64,000 bases of DNA from contig JBAZUT010000003.1 in NCBI GenBank assembly GCA_041661265.1, positions 143,191-207,190 on the forward strand, in the 5' to 3' direction. A program made the translations under genes and the position numbers. Origin of the DNA: Minisyncoccota bacterium (GTDB taxonomy: Bacteria > Patescibacteriota > Minisyncoccia > JAHIHE01 > JAGLIN01). The notes under the pieces are model-generated. The model worked only from the letters and a program-made list of their open reading frames with translations, did no database searches and had not been told where the DNA came from. Every line of letters starts with the position of its first letter. Position 1 is the stretch's first letter. Below are positions 58,897-64,000 of the stretch, piece by piece.

Positions 58897-59020
58897 GCCA
58901 GAAAACCCCGTGGCTTTCCACGGGGATGAATGGCTTATGAAAGATAGTCTCGGCGGAGCCGAAACTGATCATAAAAAACCCACCCAGATACTCCGTTGCT
59001 TGCAGCGGAGTTGGGTTCAT
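58897..59020 (+). mobile_element. Non-autonomous IS200/IS605-like palindromic element (three hairpins, no transposase)
   Basis: GCCA-gaaaa-CCCCGTGG-cttt-CCACGGGG-atgaa-TGGC; TCGGC-gga-GCCGA; CTCCGTTGC-tt-GCAGCGGAG...TTCAT end. Confidence 0.6.
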
Positions 59021-59105
59021 TTTTGTAAATATTCGAACGGGTCCATTAGATAGACATCGGGATATGTGTTATAATTAAAGCAATTCCATATATCATGAAT
59101 TAAAA

Positions 59106-60431
59106 ATGCTGAAAATAAACAAGAAGGTAACAATAGCCGTTTGTATGTTTTTAATAACGTCTTTTATTGTGACGCCTTTTTATGCCATAGAAGCGGATGT
59201 TGTCGATGAGATAGAAAGCCAGATCAAGGAAAAAAGCGATCAGATAAAAAACCTGGAAAATCAAGCTGCGGAATATAAGGATGTCATAAAAGACCTTCAA
59301 ATGAAACAACAAAGCTTGGATAATGAGATCGAGCTTTTAGATGCGCAGATCGCACAGCTCAATATCGAGATCCAAACGACGCAATCTCAGATCGATCAGG
59401 CCAATCTTGAGATCAATAATCTGCTCATAAGGATCCAGATCAAAGAGGAGGAGATCGGAAAGGAAAAAGAGATACTGCGAAGCCTTCTTCGAAAAATAAA
59501 CGAGTACGACGGAGAGTCTGCTTTCGAGATCCTTCTGAAAACCGAACAATTCTCTGATTTCATAAATCAATCTAATTACGTAGATAAGGTCGGGGAAAAG
59601 ATAAAAAGCACGCTGGACTCGCTGAAACTGATCAAAGGAGAGCTCGAGCAGGAAAAAGCAAATCTGGAAAGCAAGAAAAAAACGCTTGAAGATCTTAATA
59701 AGAAATTAACCGGACAAAAAGATGCCGCCAATTTGCAAAAACAATCGAAAGAAGATCTGCTGACTGACACCAAGGGAAAAGAAAATAAGTATCAAGATCT
59801 CCTGTTCAATGTAAAAAATCAAAAAAATTCGATCTTGGGCGACATCAATAAGCTGAAACGGGAGATGGAGACCGAGATCGCAAGGATCGCAGCGCTTGCT
59901 GAAAGACCCTCGGAAAATCTTGCATCTACGAGCTGGTATTTCACTCAGAACAACCCGAATTGGAAAGACAATACGATAGGATTTTCGGATTCCACCATAG
60001 ATGATTATGGGTGCGCTATTGCGGCAGTCGCGATGGTCTTCAAGTACTATGGCATTGACATAGATCCGGGAAGGCTCGCCAAACAGCCCATATTCTATTA
60101 CGACCTCATCGTCTGGCCGAAGCAATGGAGATATCTGGATCTGGTGAAAAATTCGGGCCACAAATCGGGCGGCCTGAACGAGGATGACTGGAATGTGGTG
60201 GACCGGGAGATCGCAAGCGGCCATCCGGTGATCGTTTTCATCAAAGCGCGGGGAAATGCCGGACATTATGTCGTGATCCACAGTAAAGACAGCAAGGGTT
60301 ATGTAGTACACGACCCCATGACCTGGAACAATCAATCCGGAGCGAATATCTATCTCTCAACCACAAGAAAATATCTGGAATCCATTTATAAGGGGAAAAC
60401 CGTAATAGATCAATACATCATTTATCATTGA
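59106..60431 (+). CDS. Secreted coiled-coil (PcsB/CwlO-like) protein with a C39-like cysteine peptidase domain
   Basis: Signal peptide, long coiled coil, YFTQ...YGCAIAAVAM, HYVV and VHDP. Confidence 0.85.
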   Translation: MLKINKKVTIAVCMFLITSFIVTPFYAIEADVVDEIESQIKEKSDQIKNLENQAAEYKDVIKDLQMKQQSLDNEIELLDAQIAQLNIEIQTTQSQIDQANLEINNLLIRIQIKEEEIGKEKEILRSLLRKINEYDGESAFEILLKTEQFSDFINQSNYVDKVGEKIKSTLDSLKLIKGELEQEKANLESKKKTLEDLNKKLTGQKDAANLQKQSKEDLLTDTKGKENKYQDLLFNVKNQKNSILGDINKLKREMETEIARIAALAERPSENLASTSWYFTQNNPNWKDNTIGFSDSTIDDYGCAIAAVAMVFKYYGIDIDPGRLAKQPIFYYDLIVWPKQWRYLDLVKNSGHKSGGLNEDDWNVVDREIASGHPVIVFIKARGNAGHYVVIHSKDSKGYVVHDPMTWNNQSGANIYLSTTRKYLESIYKGKTVIDQYIIYH

Positions 60432-60440
60432 TCTTAATCT

Positions 60441-60959
60441 ATGGAACTCATACAAGAAATCTGCGATAAGGATATCGGGGAAAAGGGCAATGTGAATGAT
60501 GTCCGCTACAAGATCCGCAGGGCTGTTAGAGCTGTCATATTCAACGATCGAAACGAGATCACGATTCTGAATGTCACAAAAAATAATTACCACAAACTTC
60601 CGGGCGGAGGCATTGAAAAAGATGAGACCGTATTGAATGCTCTCAATCGCGAAATACTTGAAGAGACGGGATGCGAAGCAAAAATAACAGGAGATGTCGG
60701 CGTCATTCTTGAATGCAGAAATAAATTCGAACTGATGCAAATTTCATATTGCTACGCGGCAAAACTTGTGAAAAAATTAAATGATCCGTCATTTACCGAT
60801 AAAGAGGTGCACGAAGGATTCAAGCTGGAATGGATGAAGGTCGATGAGGCGCTGCGGACATTTAAAAGCGACAAACCGATGACATATGAAGGCAGATTTG
60901 TTCAGAAAAGAGATATTGCGTTATTGTCTTCAGTGAACAACGATCGGCCCGCCGCATAA
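60441..60959 (+). CDS. NUDIX hydrolase
   Basis: LPGGGIEKDE...REILEETG Nudix box. Confidence 0.92.
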   Translation: MELIQEICDKDIGEKGNVNDVRYKIRRAVRAVIFNDRNEITILNVTKNNYHKLPGGGIEKDETVLNALNREILEETGCEAKITGDVGVILECRNKFELMQISYCYAAKLVKKLNDPSFTDKEVHEGFKLEWMKVDEALRTFKSDKPMTYEGRFVQKRDIALLSSVNNDRPAA

Positions 60960-61267
60960 AATAATATTTTTAAAAAAGAAAAGGGGACAGTTGTCCTTTT
61001 TTTAATACATATGTCGCACGCGATCTTCCGGCGCTGCATGTTTTTCCTTGTAAAAAATACGGCATAAATGGGGATGAACCGACTAAGTTTTAACGGCAAT
61101 TACGATGATATCATAAACAATCGTTTCGCAAGCCATGAATTCTGCGTAATGAAAAAAACCAAAAATTAACGGCCGAAATATTTCTTAAATAAAATAATTA
61201 TAAATTTTACATAGCAGACAATGGCTATATTATATATCAAAAAATATTATAACATTTGAACATCATG

Positions 61268-61295
61268 CATATATATAATATGGGTTATATCGATC
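61268..61295. other. Candidate dif-like / tyrosine-recombinase core site
   Basis: CATATATATAA-tatggg-TTATATCGATC: 11-6-11 layout with the ATAA-N6-TTAT core. Confidence 0.35.
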
Positions 61296-61481
61296 TGAGC
61301 AAATCAATTAAAATCGCTTTGTTTATATACAAAGCAAAAAACACTCTTTCAACGTCGCAAAAGCTACCTTGTGCGACACTGCACAAATCATTTTTAAAAG
61401 CGCTTTCGCGCCTGAAACTTAGCCTTATTCTCGTATTCATCTTTCAATATTCATCTTGGTACTTTCATTATACTCCCTCTC

Positions 61482-61667
61482 CTAACACTTGTCAAGAGGG
61501 GCTGTGCATAACTGCTTACGGCAAGAATATTTTTCTTTGTCACGATTATAAATCTCGAAGACAGTCGGTCTTTTTATCCCGAATATCTTGGCCAGTTCAC
61601 CATAAGAACATCCTTTGTTTCTCATTTCTACCAGCCTTTTGTTTCTTTTAGTTTGTGGTTTTGACAT
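61482..61667 (-). CDS. Small helix-turn-helix protein
   Basis: RNKRLVEMRNKGCSYGELAKIFGIKRPTVFEI; own TTGACA-17-TAACAT promoter. Confidence 0.7.
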   Translation of the reverse strand: MSKPQTKRNKRLVEMRNKGCSYGELAKIFGIKRPTVFEIYNRDKEKYSCRKQLCTAPLDKC

Positions 61668-61726
61668 ATTATTATTGTTAATGTTCTTATCTATATGTTA
61701 GGTGATATTTTCGCAATTGTCAACAC

Positions 61727-62584
61727 CTACACATATTTGCGCGCCGTCTTTTCCATCTCTTTATCGTTAAACTGCAGATAATCGAGCGCGGCGCGCGGGT
61801 TATTCCTCGAATGTCCCAAGATTCTCATAATCTCTACTATGTTACCCCCTAAATCTAAAATGTGGTGAGCTTTTGAGTGCCTGAGGCTATGTGGGCTTAC
61901 TTTCTTCTTTAAGTTTGCACTAGAGGCCATTTCTTTGATCCAGCGCTGAACGGATCGTGTGGTGAGCCTTATTCCCCGGCCTTTTATTCCGGCCATGAAT
62001 AAATGTTCTCTTTGGTTCATGCATAGTCTGATTCCGAGATACTGCATTAAATGCCTATGCGTTTCAGGAGACCAGAATATCCACCTCATGCGATTGCCCT
62101 TTTTGGTTCTTATGAACGCCTTAGGTTCGTTCTCTATGTCGGCGATGTTAAGATCGCATAACTCTGAAACTCTGATCCCCGTTTCCCATAATAGCCTCAA
62201 GATGATCCGTTTTTCGAGTGTGAAAAATTCTGACCTCGTGACTGTGTTTTCCATTTTCTGGTATTCTTCAAAAGTGATGTGACAATGAGGCCGAGGCATA
62301 AACTTTGGCGCGCGGATAATGAACGGATCAATGCATTTTATCCCCTGTCTCCTGTAAAAATCAAAGAAGTTTTTAATTACTATGGTTGCATATGCGACGT
62401 TCGCAATGGCGTATTTGTTTTTCATCATCTGCTGAAATTTAATTATATCCGTTATGCCAATTTCAGATATTATCTTTTTCACAAGTCCATTAAATCTTTC
62501 CAAATGTACGCGATACGTTACTGAGGCTTTGGCTGTGTAAGACCCTTTCCATGACAGATAATCTTCAATTTCTTTCTGTATCAT
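61727..62584 (-). CDS. Tyrosine recombinase / phage integrase
   Basis: TGIRVSE, K, HSLRHS, LGH and C-terminal Y; ATG 62584 with a GAAGGGG SD. Confidence 0.9.
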   Translation of the reverse strand: MIQKEIEDYLSWKGSYTAKASVTYRVHLERFNGLVKKIISEIGITDIIKFQQMMKNKYAIANVAYATIVIKNFFDFYRRQGIKCIDPFIIRAPKFMPRPHCHITFEEYQKMENTVTRSEFFTLEKRIILRLLWETGIRVSELCDLNIADIENEPKAFIRTKKGNRMRWIFWSPETHRHLMQYLGIRLCMNQREHLFMAGIKGRGIRLTTRSVQRWIKEMASSANLKKKVSPHSLRHSKAHHILDLGGNIVEIMRILGHSRNNPRAALDYLQFNDKEMEKTARKYV

Positions 62585-62591
62585 ACAAAAT

Positions 62592-62721
62592 GCCACCCCT
62601 TCTATGCCCGCCGTCAAGCGAGCATTTCCAGAGTGGCGATAAGATTATACCACGATTCACGTGTAGTTGGAAACGCCTATTTGACGGCAGTCCTTCCGGA
62701 CCCGACCTTTCGGTCATAGGC
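62592..62721 (-). ncRNA. C4-like antisense RNA with its target hairpin in the integrase leader
   Basis: GCCTAT/ATAGGC closes two GNRA hairpins; unpaired GCCGTCAA and TTTCCA are complementary to TTGACGGC and TGGAAA in the downstream leader. Confidence 0.5.
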
Positions 62722-62830
62722 TGTTAAATAATTAGTTGTGTGTTCTTAAAAATATTCTTAGAGATTATTTGTTACTTTGCACCGTATCAGATTTAAATAT
62801 ATCTGTCAACAGCAATGTCCACAGGCACGA

Positions 62831-62858
62831 AAAAACAGACGGGTGAAGTCTGTCTTTT
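62831..62858 (-). terminator. Intrinsic terminator closing the putative lysis operon
   Basis: Minus strand reads AGACAGAC-ttcaccc-GTCTGT followed by a T-run. Confidence 0.7.
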
Positions 62859-62866
62859 CTGAGATA

Positions 62867-63061
62867 TTATCTTCCTCCATTAATTACAGATCCTACGTCA
62901 TAGCCGTATTTTTTAAGGATCTCAGTCCCAACATAAATTGCGCATCCGACAAGGATTGATGCTGCGCCTTTGATGAAGTCTGTCTGGATCATTCCGACTC
63001 CGACTGTGACAAAGACGGTCGCTGCGGTTGAAAGAATCCCACTTGCTGTTGTCTGTTCCAT
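62867..63061 (-). CDS. Small two-TM holin-like protein
   Basis: 64 aa, two hydrophobic helices and a KK tail; lies between the peptidase and the integrase. Confidence 0.55.
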   Translation of the reverse strand: MEQTTASGILSTAATVFVTVGVGMIQTDFIKGAASILVGCAIYVGTEILKKYGYDVGSVINGGR

Positions 63062-63152
63062 TTTTTTAAATTAAATGATTAATTGAATGATACTTATATC
63101 AGCTTTAATCTTTCCGTTGCTTATAGAGCCTCCTATTGCTTCATTTGTTGGC

Positions 63153-63260
63153 TTATTTAAGCCTTTTTATGATATTGCGCCTTATCCGTGAAATAATACT
63201 TTTGGGCACGATGATGTGTCTCATTTGTCTCAAAAGTTTTATTACTTCGTTTGCGGTCAT
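63153..63260 (-). CDS. 35-aa cationic amphipathic peptide
   Basis: MTANEVIKLLRQMRHIIVPKSIISRIRRNIIKRLK*; ATGA overlap with the peptidase stop. Confidence 0.5.
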   Translation of the reverse strand: MTANEVIKLLRQMRHIIVPKSIISRIRRNIIKRLK

Positions 63261-64000
63261 AAATTCAGAAAGTTTTTCCATTGAAGCGCAGTTGCTCCTC
63301 TGATAATTAAGTAACCTGTCGGATCGCAAAGCACCGGATCACCGAACTTTTTATAGTGGCCGGTAATTTCGGCCAGCGCTTGCTCGTTCGCGATTGAGAA
63401 CCCGATTCTCGTTTCTTCGTCTACAAGGTACTGATTTTTTTCTTTGTCGATTTTTAGTTTGAGCATGGTTTTATTGTTAGGATTAATTTGATCTATTAAT
63501 GTCCAAAGCGAAAACATATTTGATAAATATTCTTCCCCGAAATATCCGAAGCCCTTTTCTCCCCAACCTGTACCCCACGAATTAATGAACTTTATATACT
63601 TCTTGCCGTTGATGAATTTAGCCCCTACAAGATACACCGCATGACCCCATTCGATATTTACTGGAGGCTTGACAAAGGCTGTTTGCCAGCCGGCGTTATC
63701 TCCGTTAAATCCGGAAACGCACCCGTTGTTGTCTCGAATGACTTGAGCGATAGAATCAATAGAAAAAGGTATGACTGAAGCGTAACTTTTGGCTTTATAG
63801 ATCAAAGCCTCACTATCCCCTGCCATGAATTCTCTCATATACGCCTCTGTGGGGGGTTTTCCGTCCATATACGACGGTACATCAAGTTCGGTATTTACGC
63901 CCAGCGCGGTTAATAATTTGCCTCCTAGTCTTATTTCCGCCCCTCCATTCGGGCTGAATATTCTTTGATAAATATCTTTGGCGGATAGATCAGTGAAATT
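63257..64000 (-). CDS. Papain-like C1 cysteine peptidase, 5'-truncated by the window edge (possible endolysin)
   Basis: Frame is open to base 64000 (NFTDLSAKDIYQ...); WGHAVYLVG and INSWGTGWGEKGFGYF motifs. Confidence 0.8.
   Translation of the reverse strand, partial: NFTDLSAKDIYQRIFSPNGGAEIRLGGKLLTALGVNTELDVPSYMDGKPPTEAYMREFMAGDSEALIYKAKSYASVIPFSIDSIAQVIRDNNGCVSGFNGDNAGWQTAFVKPPVNIEWGHAVYLVGAKFINGKKYIKFINSWGTGWGEKGFGYFGEEYLSNMFSLWTLIDQINPNNKTMLKLKIDKEKNQYLVDEETRIGFSIANEQALAEITGHYKKFGDPVLCDPTGYLIIRGATALQWKNFLNL

Noticed and set aside
61256-61651. 131-aa plus-strand ORF
   Set aside because: TTG start, low-information sequence, and it overlaps the better-supported minus-strand HTH gene.
62688-62707. 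SRP RNA-like GGTCGGGTCCGGAAGGAC on the minus strand
   Set aside because: It lacks the conserved CAGG/AGCA internal loop and the long flanking helix; the C4-like fold explains it better.

Overview
This is AT-rich bacterial chromosomal DNA, coded almost entirely on the + strand. Its gene content points to a Patescibacteria/CPR (Parcubacteria-like) genome; this is an inference from the VirD4-like ATPase, tandem VirB2-like pilins, archaeal-type pyrH, GT3 glycogen synthase and Shine-Dalgarno (SD)-less A-rich housekeeping starts. From left to right the window holds: a glycogen/sugar-phosphate cluster (GT3 synthase, GalT-like, debranching enzyme, a lone porA, ribose-1,5-bisphosphate isomerase-like); housekeeping genes (pyrH, tsaC, uppP, parAB, rlmN, greA, lysS with a fused HD domain, serS, gltX, three tRNAs); a cell-wall cluster (MurF-like, DegT, FemX, FtsQ); a T4SS-like locus (a ~1900-aa repeat protein, small conserved ORFs, VirD4-like); a surface module (metallopeptidase and amidase/SpoIID proteins sharing a ~62-aa repeat, plus four pilins); and, from ~61.3 kb, the end of a probable prophage (integrase, holin-like gene, cationic peptide, papain-like peptidase). 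Four signals stand out beyond the standard annotation. (1) About nine stand-alone orphan genes carry strong SD sequences, most with their own near-consensus sigma70 promoter and terminator, in a genome whose core genes lack SD. (2) In-frame heptamer-repeat and palindromic insertions sit inside conserved genes. (3) A C4-like antisense RNA switch lies upstream of the integrase. (4) There is an unassigned structured RNA candidate and two non-autonomous mobile elements. All calls come from reading motifs by eye; no database searches were run.
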